From: an uncultured Akkermansia sp.
GTDB lineage: Bacteria; Verrucomicrobiota; Kiritimatiellia; RFP12; JAAYNR01
DNA: 64,000 nt
Assembly: GCA_964506575.1 (NCBI GenBank)
Contig: CAZDLY010000005.1
Coordinates: 5,131-69,130, forward strand
Direction: 5' to 3'
Below the pieces are notes generated by a model, which saw only the letters and a program-made list of their open reading frames with translations, ran no database searches and was not told the DNA's origin. Shown here piece by piece: positions 17,101 to 26,157 of the stretch (position 1 is the first letter of the stretch; every line of letters starts with the position of its first letter). The translations under genes and the position numbers were made by a program.

Positions 17101-18279
17101 ATGATGGGTATGGCAAAAGAATTGGCGTTCGTGCTGATCAACCCGTATTCGATCCGCAAATCGCGGACGGGGGGGATCATTGCGCGTTATCTCGTTCAGA
17201 CCGATCTGAAGCTGGTCGGCGCCCGGATGTTCGGAGCCTCGCGGGAGCTGGCGGGGACGCTGGCCGACTATCTGGAGACCTATGATCCCGACGATCCGGA
17301 CAAGTGCAGGCTGCTCGCCGCATACGTCCGGAGAAATTACACGCCGGATCCCGTCCTCGGCCGCCCCCACCGCAGCATGATGCTGCTGTTTGAGGGCGAG
17401 AACGCGGTCGCCAAGATCTACGAGATCACCGGGAGTCTTCGCCAGACCTGGGGAACCGGTCTGACGGTGCGCGACACCTTCGGCGATTTCGTGTGCGACG
17501 ACCAGACCGGAAAGATCCTCTATTTCGAGCCGAGCGTCCTCGTCGGCCCCACCGTGCAGGTCGCGGGCGATGTGCTGCGGATCTGGTGCCGCCAGTTTGA
17601 TTCCGAGGCCGGCATCGTGCGCGGGGCCAGCGACGTGCCCGAAGGGGCGGACGTGCATCGCACGCTGGTGCTGATCAAGCCGGAAAACTTCCGGCAGCCG
17701 TCGCTGCGCGCGGGCAACATCATGAGCCTCCTCTCCCGATCGGGACTGCGGATCGTGGCCGTGAAAAAATTCGCCATGAGCGTGGCCCAGGCCGAGAAGT
17801 TCTACGAGCCGGTGCGGGCGAATCTGCGCCGCATCTTCCCGCTGATCGGCAAGGCGCGCGCCGCCCAGGCGCTGTCGACCGCCTTCGGCCTCTCGGTCGA
17901 TCCGGACCGGCTGACCTCGCTGTGCGAGCTGATCGCCCCCGATTTCGCCGATTTCGAGTTCGAGAACATCATCGAATTCATGACCGGCCGCCGGCCCTCC
18001 TCGTGCTCCGACTCGATCAAGCAGTTGAAGGGGACCGAGGAGTGCCTGGCCATCGTATACGAGGGGGTGGACGCCATCAACAAGGTCCGTGACATCCTCG
18101 GTTCGACCGATCCAAGCAAGGCCAGCAGCGGCACGATCCGCCGTGAATTCGGCACCAACATCATGGTCAACGCCGCGCACGCCTCCGATTCCCCCGAAAA
18201 CGCCATTCGCGAAATGACCATCATCGACATCGAGCGGGACACTCCGTTTGAAGCACTCATCAAGACCTACTATCCATGA
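17101..18279 (+). CDS. Tandem nucleoside-diphosphate-kinase-like protein (degenerate N-terminal NDK domain + catalytic C-terminal NDK domain with insertion)
   Basis: The C-terminal half has HRTLVLIKPENF.., ..LAIVYEGVDAINKVRDILGSTDP..GTIRREFG..NAAHASDSPENAIREM (NDK catalytic-His motif). The N-terminal half (ELAFVLINPYSIRKSRTGGIIARYL..MMLLFEGENAVAK..) is NDK-like but lacks the N..H.SD motif. Confidence 0.7.
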   Translation: MMGMAKELAFVLINPYSIRKSRTGGIIARYLVQTDLKLVGARMFGASRELAGTLADYLETYDPDDPDKCRLLAAYVRRNYTPDPVLGRPHRSMMLLFEGENAVAKIYEITGSLRQTWGTGLTVRDTFGDFVCDDQTGKILYFEPSVLVGPTVQVAGDVLRIWCRQFDSEAGIVRGASDVPEGADVHRTLVLIKPENFRQPSLRAGNIMSLLSRSGLRIVAVKKFAMSVAQAEKFYEPVRANLRRIFPLIGKARAAQALSTAFGLSVDPDRLTSLCELIAPDFADFEFENIIEFMTGRRPSSCSDSIKQLKGTEECLAIVYEGVDAINKVRDILGSTDPSKASSGTIRREFGTNIMVNAAHASDSPENAIREMTIIDIERDTPFEALIKTYYP

Positions 18280-19445
18280 AATCACTCAACTCCAGCATCC
18301 TCGCCATCCAGCCCTCCGCCACTCTCGCCATCGCCGCGCTGGCCAAGCAGTTGGCCGCCCAGGGGCGCCCCGTCTGCGACTTCGCGGCCGGCGAGCCCGA
18401 CTTCGACACGCCCGCGTTCATCAAGGACGCTGCCATCGCCGCGCTGCGCGAGGGGAAGACCAAGTATACGCCGGTGGCCGGCGTGCCCAAGCTCTGCGAG
18501 GTGATCGCCGCCAAGTTAAAGCGCGACAACGGCTTGGACTACAAGCCCTCGCAGATCGTCGTGAGCTGCGGGGCCAAGCATTCGCTGGCGCTGGTCTTCC
18601 AGACCCTGCTGAATCCGGGTGACGAGGTGATCATTCCCGCGCCCTACTGGCTGAGCTACCCCGAGATGATCCGCATCGCGGGCGGCGTGCCGGTCTTTGT
18701 CACGGCCACGCCCGCGGCCGACTTCAAGATCACCCCGGCCGACATCGAGCGGGCTGCGACGGCGCGCACGGTCGCCCTCGTGATCAACAGCCCGTGCAAC
18801 CCCACCGGCACGATGTACACCCCGGCCGAATTGCGCGCCCTCGGCGAGACGGCGCTCCGCCTCGGCCTGACCCTCGTTTCCGACGAGATCTACGAGAAGA
18901 TGGTCTACGACGGCCAGGAGCAGGCGAGCATGGCCGCCTTCTCCCCCGCGCTGTACGCCAACACCGTCACGGTCAACGGCCTGAGCAAGGCCTACTCCAT
19001 GACCGGCTGGCGCCTGGGCTACACCGCCGCGCCCGAGCCGTTCATCCGGGCCATGAACGCGCTGCAGAGCCACACGGCGTCGGCGCCCAATACCTTCGCC
19101 CAGTGGGGCGGCGTCGCCGCGATCGAACGCGGCGACGACTCGATCCGCGAGATGGTGGCGGCCTTCGACGCCCGCCGTCGGCGCATTTTCGCCCTGATGT
19201 CCGCGATTCCCGGCGTCGTCTGCCCCCGGCCGACCGGCGCCTTCTACGTCTTCCCCGACATCTCGGCGCTCGGACTCGATTCTGTCGCCTTCTCCCGCCG
19301 CCTCCTCGAAGCGCAAAACGTCGCCGTGGTGCCCGGCATCGCCTTCGGGGCCGATTCGTGCGTCCGGCTCAGCTACGCCTGCACCCTGGAGACAATCGAG
19401 ACCGGGCTGGCCCGTTTCCGGGCTTTCTGCGCGAGCCTCGCGTGA
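18276..19445 (+). CDS. Pyridoxal-phosphate-dependent aminotransferase (aspartate aminotransferase class I)
   Basis: 389 aa. ..GEPDFDTP.., ..YTPVAG.., ..NSPCNPTG.., PLP-Lys motif NGLSKAYSMTGWRLGY. The ATG overlaps the upstream stop (ATGA). Confidence 0.9.
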   Translation: MKSLNSSILAIQPSATLAIAALAKQLAAQGRPVCDFAAGEPDFDTPAFIKDAAIAALREGKTKYTPVAGVPKLCEVIAAKLKRDNGLDYKPSQIVVSCGAKHSLALVFQTLLNPGDEVIIPAPYWLSYPEMIRIAGGVPVFVTATPAADFKITPADIERAATARTVALVINSPCNPTGTMYTPAELRALGETALRLGLTLVSDEIYEKMVYDGQEQASMAAFSPALYANTVTVNGLSKAYSMTGWRLGYTAAPEPFIRAMNALQSHTASAPNTFAQWGGVAAIERGDDSIREMVAAFDARRRRIFALMSAIPGVVCPRPTGAFYVFPDISALGLDSVAFSRRLLEAQNVAVVPGIAFGADSCVRLSYACTLETIETGLARFRAFCASLA

Positions 19446-19457
19446 GCGGGGCCACAC

Positions 19458-19542
19458 CGGGCGAGTGGTGGAATTGGCAGACACGCAAGACTTAGGATCT
19501 TGTGGCGAAAGCCGTGCGGGTTCAAGTCCCGCCCCGCCCACC
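19458..19542 (+). tRNA. tRNA-Leu (anticodon UAG), CCA encoded
   Basis: Hand fold: acceptor GGGCGAG/CCCGCCC (one A-C mismatch), D region TGGTGGAATTGGCAGACACG, anticodon stem-loop CAAGA-CTTAGGA-TCTTG, a long variable arm (GTGGCGAAAGCCGT), T arm GCGGG-TTCAAGT-CCCGC, then A-CCA. Length 85 nt. Confidence 0.85.
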
Positions 19543-19607
19543 AGTTCTCAGATGCGACCGATGCGCGATGACGCGAACCTGAATCATCAGAAGGATGAAC
19601 GTGAACC

Positions 19608-20264
19608 ATGACCCACTCATTCGATGTTTGCCTGAGGGCCGGATTCCGGCTGCTGTTTCTGTGCGCCGTTCTCGGCGGTGTCGCGGGTGTATTTCTGCTC
19701 GATGTGCATGGCTATAACACCACGCAGGACCTTTTCTCCGACCAGTCCTGGACGGAAACGGCGCAAATCGCGCTGCTGTTCCTGTCGGGCGCGGCCTTTC
19801 TCTCGGGCGGGCGTCTCAACCGCGCGCGCTACCTCCCGGCCTGCCTGCTGATGGGCTTGGCGGCGATGGCGTTTGTGCGCGAGCTGGATTGGGTGCTCGA
19901 CAAAGTCTGGCATGGCTTTTGGGTGGTGCCGGCGACCCTCGTGATGATCACCGTGGTGCGTGGGGTGTGGCCGAGGCGAAAGCTCTTCTTCGACGCCTTC
20001 GCGCGGGAGGTGACGCAACCTTATTGGGGAACCCTGTGCGGCGGCTTCGGCATGGTCTTCATCTTCTCCCGGATCTTCGGCATGCGCCGCAACTGGGAGG
20101 CGTTGCTGAGCGGGCAGTTGGCCTTCAAGAGCGTCCGCAGCGTCCGGAGGCTGGCCGAGGAGGGGACCGAGCTGGCCGGCTATGCGTTGATCTTTGTGGC
20201 GGCCATCGGTTTTCTCATCTCGTGCTATCAGGATCGGAAGCAACGGCCGCCGCCCCAGATCTGA
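19608..20264 (+). CDS. Polytopic membrane protein, unknown function
   Basis: 218 aa with about 6 hydrophobic helices (LLFLCAVLGGVAGVFLL, IALLFLSGAAFL, CLLMGLAAMAFV ...). No recognisable motif. Confidence 0.55.
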   Translation: MTHSFDVCLRAGFRLLFLCAVLGGVAGVFLLDVHGYNTTQDLFSDQSWTETAQIALLFLSGAAFLSGGRLNRARYLPACLLMGLAAMAFVRELDWVLDKVWHGFWVVPATLVMITVVRGVWPRRKLFFDAFAREVTQPYWGTLCGGFGMVFIFSRIFGMRRNWEALLSGQLAFKSVRSVRRLAEEGTELAGYALIFVAAIGFLISCYQDRKQRPPPQI

Positions 20265-21202
20265 CGCAGGTGCGCCAGCGCCGCGGCCAGGGCCGTGGCA
20301 GGCGTTCCGGGAAGCGGCTCGAAGACGCGGATCACCTCGGCGGTTCCATAAAACGCGAAGCGCGTGAAATCCAGGACCCCCTTGCCCGGCACCTGGTGGT
20401 CGTCGGCGAGTCCGCACACGTCGTGGATGTGAATGCCGCGCGTGATCGGCAGCAGCTTCGCCGCGACGGCCGCGTGGTCGGGGCTCCAGCCGAGGTGCTG
20501 CCGCACCTGTCCGTGCCCCAGGTCATGCCAATACGCGAGCGCCGGCGCCGGGTAGTCGGCGGCCAGCCGCGCGATTTCGTCCTCGGACGGCACCGCCTCC
20601 CAGGAGGGCAGGTTCTCGAGGCAGAGCGCCACCCCGGCCTTTTCGAAACAGGGGACGAGGCGGTCGAGCGACCGCCGCAGCGCCTCGAGGTGCCGGCCCG
20701 CCCGGCGCTCACGCGCCCGGAGCGCGCGCGCCGTCTGCTTCTGGAAACGCGGGTCGTCGGTTCCGGAATCCGACGCCAGGCGCAGGAGACTTTCGGAATC
20801 GGGCCCGCGGCGCCACCAGCCCTGCTGAATGCGACCGGCATGGAGGATGACCGCCCGTGCGCCGGCCTGCTGCGCGAACTCCAGGGTCTTGCCGGCCAGC
20901 AGCACGGCCATGACGCGGTCGTCCTCATCCAGGGACGCCGCCAGGTAGAGCTCGGGATGGCCGCCCGCGACATGCGCCGGCGCGGGACAGAAGGCATGGA
21001 CGCTGGACACGGCAACGCCGCCCTGCCTCACCCGGCGCAACACGTCCGCGGCCTGCTGCTCGTCCAACTGGTAACCCAGCTCGACCGCGTCAAATCCCAG
21101 CTTCAGGATCTCGTCCACCATCGCCCCGCCCGACGTGTGCCGCGCGCTGTTCCAGTTGGTCGAGAGCGAAAACGTCGGGGCTGCGGGCTGTGCGTTCGGC
21201 AT
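20228..21202 (-). CDS. Sugar phosphate isomerase/epimerase (xylose-isomerase-like TIM barrel)
   Basis: 324 aa from ATG 21202 (MPNAQPAAPTFSLSTNW..GFDAVELGY..VILHAG..ALCLENLP..HIHD..). This is the typical AP_endonuc_2 TIM-barrel pattern. The longer track ORF start is rejected. Confidence 0.75.
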   Translation of the reverse strand: MPNAQPAAPTFSLSTNWNSARHTSGGAMVDEILKLGFDAVELGYQLDEQQAADVLRRVRQGGVAVSSVHAFCPAPAHVAGGHPELYLAASLDEDDRVMAVLLAGKTLEFAQQAGARAVILHAGRIQQGWWRRGPDSESLLRLASDSGTDDPRFQKQTARALRARERRAGRHLEALRRSLDRLVPCFEKAGVALCLENLPSWEAVPSEDEIARLAADYPAPALAYWHDLGHGQVRQHLGWSPDHAAVAAKLLPITRGIHIHDVCGLADDHQVPGKGVLDFTRFAFYGTAEVIRVFEPLPGTPATALAAALAHLRQIWGGGRCFRS

Positions 21203-21206
21203 GTGA

Positions 21207-22895
21207 TCATCCCTCCCCATGCGCGGTTTGCAGAATCCATTCGGCGCTACGGGTGAGCACGTCGGATTCCCAGGCCAGGCCGTAGAAACTGTGACCCGCG
21301 TGCGGAACGGTGTGCAGGTCGTGGCGGATCGCGTGGCGGGCGCAGAACGCGGCATAGGCGGCGGCGGAGCCGGCGGCGTCGGGATCCGAGCCGCCGAAGA
21401 TGAAGCGGATGCGGCCGGAATAGCCGCGAAAGCGCTGCAGGATGCGGTCTTCCTCGGCGGCCTCGGCGGCGGACCGGGTCTCATGCTGCAGCAGCGTTTT
21501 CTTCACCATGTCGGCGCGAATGCGGCCGGTGGCGAGCTTGATCCAGGTCTCGCGCCGGGTCAGCTTGAGCGCGTAGGTCGTGAGCGCGCGCCACGTGTGG
21601 CGGCGGCCGGTGGCGGCGGCGCGGAGCGCGCCCATCGATTCGGGGGACCAGAGCGCGAGCGCGTCGATGCCGGGCTCGGAGGCTGCGGCGGAGATGGCGA
21701 CCTTGCACCCGGAACAGATCGCCGTGACGACCAGGGGGCCTCCGTCCGGGCAGGCCTGGCGCAGCCAGGCGAGCGCGGCGCGGGCGTCGTCGGTCATGGC
21801 CCCGATCGACGCGGCATCGGCATCCCCCCCGCTATCACCCCGCCCGGAGAGGTCGATGCGGAGCGACAGAACGCCCGCCGCGGCCAGCCGCCGCGCGAAT
21901 GTGACGAACATCCGGTGCGGCCCGGTGCGATCCCCCGACCAGCCATGAATCAGAAGGAGGCGGGTGGCGGGCGTGCGGGACGATGACGGATATTCCACCC
22001 AGCCCCGGATCGCGCCGGAGGGCGATGCAACCGTGACCGGGCCGCTGCCGGCCGCCTCCGGCAACGGGCGGGAGGCGGCGCGGGGAACGCCGGCAGGCGC
22101 GAGGCGGCGCAGGGCGCCGGCCAACGCGAGGGTCAGCGATCCGACATCCACGCGGCCGATCGTGTTCCAAAAGGCCGGGAGGCGCAGGGCGAGGCGTTCA
22201 GACGCCGGAGCGGCGCCGTGCGCGGCATCGGCCGCGCGGGCGTCGGAGCCGGTCGAGACTACGCAACCGGCCCCGGCCCACGCTCCCGGCGCAAGCGCCG
22301 CGAGATCGGCGGCCAGGCGCGGGGTGAACGGATAGCCGTCCAGATCGGCGCAGGCGCCCTGCCGCCAGCCCGCCTCGATCCGGGCGCGGGAGATCGGCGC
22401 CCGGCCATAGGCGACCATCTGATTCACCTGATTCCGCTGCAGCAGTTGCTTCAGGAGGTCGGCGCCGCCGACCGGCTCGACCAGCAGGCGCGCGGCGCAG
22501 GGCTCGGCGAGGCGGGAGGCCAGCGTGGCGCCGAAGCGGATGCCCAGCACGGCGGGTTCGCACGGCGGATACCGGCCCCGGAGCCAGGCGCGGGCGGCCT
22601 CCGCGTCGGCCAGCCAGTCCGGCACGGAGAAGTCGGCAAAATTCCCCGGGGAGTCCCCGGTGCCGCGGTAGTCGAAGCGGAGGACGGCCGCGCCCTCCGC
22701 CGCCCAGGCGCGGGCCAGATCGCACAGGATGCGGTGGCAGGCCTTCCGCTCCTCGGCCAGCGGGGGGAGGATCAGCGCGCTCCGCAGCGGGGCATCCGGA
22801 GCATGCAGGATGGCGGCCAGCGCGCCCGGCGCGGTCTCCAGAAGAAACGGCGTTTCATGGAACGAAAGCATCGCGGGCGCCTGTGGGTCTGTCAT
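21207..22895 (-). CDS. Fused double alpha/beta-hydrolase-fold protein
   Basis: 562 aa from ATG 22895, which overlaps the upstream stop (ATGA). Two tandem alpha/beta halves are present. The N-half has ..LILPPLAEERKACHR..RFDYRGTGDSPG..LGIRFGATLA (nucleophile position is Arg). The C-half has ..LLLIHGWSGDRTGPHRMF..RIDLSGRGDSGG..TAICSGCKVA (nucleophile position is Cys) ..PHAGHSF. Confidence 0.7.
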   Translation of the reverse strand: MTDPQAPAMLSFHETPFLLETAPGALAAILHAPDAPLRSALILPPLAEERKACHRILCDLARAWAAEGAAVLRFDYRGTGDSPGNFADFSVPDWLADAEAARAWLRGRYPPCEPAVLGIRFGATLASRLAEPCAARLLVEPVGGADLLKQLLQRNQVNQMVAYGRAPISRARIEAGWRQGACADLDGYPFTPRLAADLAALAPGAWAGAGCVVSTGSDARAADAAHGAAPASERLALRLPAFWNTIGRVDVGSLTLALAGALRRLAPAGVPRAASRPLPEAAGSGPVTVASPSGAIRGWVEYPSSSRTPATRLLLIHGWSGDRTGPHRMFVTFARRLAAAGVLSLRIDLSGRGDSGGDADAASIGAMTDDARAALAWLRQACPDGGPLVVTAICSGCKVAISAAASEPGIDALALWSPESMGALRAAATGRRHTWRALTTYALKLTRRETWIKLATGRIRADMVKKTLLQHETRSAAEAAEEDRILQRFRGYSGRIRFIFGGSDPDAAGSAAAYAAFCARHAIRHDLHTVPHAGHSFYGLAWESDVLTRSAEWILQTAHGEG

Positions 22896-23710
22896 CGTTC
22901 GGCGGTTCCTTTCGCCATCCGGCGCGGGAAGACGCGCAAAACACCGGCCACGGGATCGCGCTGGATCGACACGGCGCACTGGTAGACGGCGCCCAGCGTG
23001 TCGGGAGTCAGCACGGCCTCGGGCGGACCGTCCGCGGCGATCCGGCCCTCCTGGAGCAGCACCAGGCGGGGAAAATATTCGGCGGCGAGGTTGAGGTCAT
23101 GGCCGATCATGAGGATCGTCATCCCCTGCTCGCGATTGATCTGCTCGATCAGTTGCACGATTTCGAGCCGGTGGTTCATGTCGAGGTGCGAGGTGGGTTC
23201 GTCGAGCAGGATGATGCGGGGCCGGGCGGCCAGGGCCATGGCAACGGCCACCCGCTGGCGCTCCCCGCCGCTCATTTCCTGAAACACGCGGTCCTTCAGG
23301 TGGCGGGTGTCGGTCAGGGCCATGGCCTCGGCGACCCAGCGCCGGTCTTCGTGCGACGGCGGAATCCAGCGGCCCAGCGCGGCGGTGCGCCCCATCATCA
23401 CCAACTCGCCGGCGGTGAACGGCATGGCCGTATCGAGTTCCTGCGGCACGGTGGCGACCAGGCGCGCCCGCTCCGCGGCCGGGATTTTCCGGACCGGCCG
23501 GTCGAAGAGCGAAACCCCGCCCGCCCGCGTCTGCAGCAGCCCGGTGATGACGCGGAACAGGGTTGATTTGCCGACGCCGTTCGGTCCGAGGATCGCCACG
23601 CGCTCGCCGGCGGCCACGTTCAGGGAGAGATCGCGGATGACCGCCTCGCCGTGGTAACCGGCGGTGACGGCGTCGAGGCGGATGGCGGGGGTGTGCGGTT
23701 CGGCGTTCAT
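22892..23710 (-). CDS. ABC transporter ATP-binding protein, FecE/FepC/BtuD-like
   Basis: Walker A GPNGVGKST, Q-loop VPQE, signature MSGGERQR, Walker B ILLDEPTSHLD, H-loop GHDLN. No permease or binding-protein gene is adjacent. Confidence 0.85.
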   Translation of the reverse strand: MNAEPHTPAIRLDAVTAGYHGEAVIRDLSLNVAAGERVAILGPNGVGKSTLFRVITGLLQTRAGGVSLFDRPVRKIPAAERARLVATVPQELDTAMPFTAGELVMMGRTAALGRWIPPSHEDRRWVAEAMALTDTRHLKDRVFQEMSGGERQRVAVAMALAARPRIILLDEPTSHLDMNHRLEIVQLIEQINREQGMTILMIGHDLNLAAEYFPRLVLLQEGRIAADGPPEAVLTPDTLGAVYQCAVSIQRDPVAGVLRVFPRRMAKGTAER

Positions 23711-23739
23711 GACACTCGCTGGGCCCCGTCGCGGGGCTT

Positions 23740-24414
23740 TCACTCCGCCAGCCGGCAGATCACGCAATGGCGGCAATCGAGTTCCAAGGGGACGGGGGCG
23801 TTCTTGCCAGCGGCGGCGGCGGCCCGGGCCTGGAGCTGGTTGATGAGGGCGAGGATGCAGCCGAGGGTGATGAAGCCGCCGGCGGGGAGGATGGCCAGGG
23901 TGAGGGTGTTGGGATGGATGCGGTAGGCCCAGTCTCCCCAGACCGTAAGGGTGCCATTGCCGATGATTTCGCGCACGGCGGCGATGACCGCCAGCGCGAG
24001 CGTAAAGCCCGCGCCCATCCCGATTCCGTCGGCCACGCTATACCAGACCGCGTTCTTGGCGGCAAAGGCCTCGGCCCGCCCGAGGATGATGCAGTTGACG
24101 ACGATCAGCGGGATGAAGATGCCGAGGCTGGCGGCGAGCGCCGGGGTGAACGCCTGCATGAGCAGGTCGATCACGGTGACGAAGGTGGCGATCACCACGA
24201 CATAGCAGGGAATGCGGACCTTGGCGGGGATCACGTTGCGCAGCGAGGAGATCACGGCATTCGATCCGACCAGGACAAAGGTCGCCGCCACGCCCATGCC
24301 GAGGCCGTTCTCCAGTGACGAGGTTGTCGCCAGGGTCGGGCACATGCCGAGGACCAGACGGAACGTCGGGTTCTCCCGGATGATTCCCCGTGTCAGTTCA
24401 CTGATAAAGCGCAT
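23740..24414 (-). CDS. rnfE: RnfE/RsxE-type electron-transport complex membrane subunit (isolated copy)
   Basis: ..FRLVLGMCPTLATTSSLENGLGMG.., ..GIFIPLIVVNCIILGRAEAFAAKN.., ..REIIGNGTL.. align along the whole length with RsxE/RnfE. It carries an extra Cys-rich tail (LELDCRHCVICRLAE). No other rnf genes are in the window. Confidence 0.8.
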   Translation of the reverse strand: MRFISELTRGIIRENPTFRLVLGMCPTLATTSSLENGLGMGVAATFVLVGSNAVISSLRNVIPAKVRIPCYVVVIATFVTVIDLLMQAFTPALAASLGIFIPLIVVNCIILGRAEAFAAKNAVWYSVADGIGMGAGFTLALAVIAAVREIIGNGTLTVWGDWAYRIHPNTLTLAILPAGGFITLGCILALINQLQARAAAAAGKNAPVPLELDCRHCVICRLAE

Positions 24415-24427
24415 GTCCTTCTCCCTG

Positions 24428-26116
24428 TCATTCGGCGGTTTCGGCATCATCGGCGGATGCGGCAACCGGTTCGGTGCCGGGCGCCGGGCTGAAGGCCGAC
24501 TGCTTCAGGTTCCAGGCCGACCACTCGGCGAAGAGGGGCGGGAAAATCCGCTTCTCGATGGCGCCGCGGATCTGGTCGCGGAGGAGGGTGCTGGTCAGGG
24601 GGTCGCCCGGCGTGCGGGTGGCGACCGCGACGATGACGGCGTTGCCGAAGCGGGGCGCCGGACTGGCGGCGATGCCGCCGGCGCGCAGCTTGACGGCTTC
24701 GCGGATGACGGCGTTGATTTCGGGGATTTCGGCCGGGATCCCGGCGTTGATGGAGAAGGAATAGTTGGTGGTGGCGGTCAGCCGGGCGGCGCGGGCGGCC
24801 TCCTCAAAGGTTTGGCCGGCGGCCACGGCCGCGGTGATGGCCTCGCAGGCCGACGTGACCCGGGCCTTGAACGCCTCGACGCGGGCGGCGGCGCGGGCGT
24901 CGGCGCGAACGCGGTCGGCGACTTCGGCGAAGTCGGGGATGCGCGCGACATCGTTGGAATGGGCGGCGATCAGATAGACGACGCTCTTGCCGCGGACGGC
25001 GTTGAAGCGGGTCTGGGCCTGGCGGGCGTCGAGTTCAAACGCCTTTTCCCGGAACTCGGCGGCGTTCTCAACCCCGGGCATGACATCATCGGCGCCGAAG
25101 AGCGGGGTTTCCACGACGGGGAGCTGGCGGGCGGCGGCGACCGCGTCGATGCCGTTGGTGAGGGCCTGTTCGAGCAGCACATGGCACACGTCGGTGAAGG
25201 CGGCGTCGGCGGTCTGTTCCTGCATGAGGGACTCCACGATGGACGGACGCGCCTCGTCCAGCGGGATGGTCGTGGCCTCGATGTCGTTGGTTCCGGCCGG
25301 GCGGGAGAAACGTTGCGGGTTGCTGTCGTAATAATCCCGTATGTCGGCGTCCGAGACGGTGACGGCCGAGACGTAATTGGAGATGGGGACGGCGACATAG
25401 CGGATGGCGACGCGGTCGGGGAGGGCGTACGCGGTGCGGTGGGCCTCGTAGTGGCGCGCGATATCCTGATCGCTGATCGGCATGTCGGCCTGGGCAAAGG
25501 TGTTGGACACCACGGCATGGCGGACCGAGAAGGTGTCGGTATAGCTGGCGAGCGCGTCGTCGACCTCCAGGGGCGGAACCCAGGCGGCCGAGCCGACGAC
25601 GGCGCCGATCATGCGCAACGTGATGGTGTTGGCCAGGCCGGCCTCGAACTCCGGTTCGGACATCTGCAGGTTCTGTTTGAGCAGGGCGCGGTAGAGATCG
25701 GAGTTGAAGCCGTTGGCGAAGGCTCCGGATTCGAGGATTTCCTGACGGATGAGGTTGGGCGAGGCGGCGATGCCAACCTGTGCGGCGGCCCGTGCGCATG
25801 CCAGGCGCTCCCACGTCTGGGTATAGAGCATGGCGGGCGGAGGCGCCACCTCGTTGCGGCCGGTCTGGCGGATATAGTGTTCGAGCGTGCGGTAAGTCTG
25901 AAGGGAGACGGGCTGGCCGTCGATGGAGCCAGCCCTGGACCGGCCGCGGCCCGTCGAGGAGGTGCACGAGTCCACCGAGACAAAGGCCAGCGCGGTGACG
26001 ATGACGAACGCGCCCCAGATGAAGCGATTGCGGATGATGCGGTTAAAATGATAAATGACCACGGTTGGTTTCCATTCGCTGAGATGCGTTATTACACAAG
26101 ACGCTCCGGGCGGCAA
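24428..26116 (-). CDS. PpiD/SurA-N-like periplasmic chaperone with N-terminal membrane anchor
   Basis: ..NRIIRNRFIWGAFVIVTALAFV.. anchor, followed by long helical chaperone-like regions (..GQPVSLQTYRTLEHY.., ..ISDQDIARHYEAH..DRVAIRYV..). The start is uncertain: an in-frame GTG at 26062 would give a more typical N-terminus. Confidence 0.55.
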   Translation of the reverse strand: MPPGASCVITHLSEWKPTVVIYHFNRIIRNRFIWGAFVIVTALAFVSVDSCTSSTGRGRSRAGSIDGQPVSLQTYRTLEHYIRQTGRNEVAPPPAMLYTQTWERLACARAAAQVGIAASPNLIRQEILESGAFANGFNSDLYRALLKQNLQMSEPEFEAGLANTITLRMIGAVVGSAAWVPPLEVDDALASYTDTFSVRHAVVSNTFAQADMPISDQDIARHYEAHRTAYALPDRVAIRYVAVPISNYVSAVTVSDADIRDYYDSNPQRFSRPAGTNDIEATTIPLDEARPSIVESLMQEQTADAAFTDVCHVLLEQALTNGIDAVAAARQLPVVETPLFGADDVMPGVENAAEFREKAFELDARQAQTRFNAVRGKSVVYLIAAHSNDVARIPDFAEVADRVRADARAAARVEAFKARVTSACEAITAAVAAGQTFEEAARAARLTATTNYSFSINAGIPAEIPEINAVIREAVKLRAGGIAASPAPRFGNAVIVAVATRTPGDPLTSTLLRDQIRGAIEKRIFPPLFAEWSAWNLKQSAFSPAPGTEPVAASADDAETAE

Positions 26117-26157
26117 CGCGGGTCATCCGGAGCGTGTACTGGAGGAGACTGATGGCA

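Noticed and set aside
24212-26152. 646-aa plus-strand ORF.
   Set aside because: It lies antisense to the rnfE 5' end and the PpiD-like gene, and is Gly/Asp/Arg-rich. The opposite strand has a membrane anchor and operon context.
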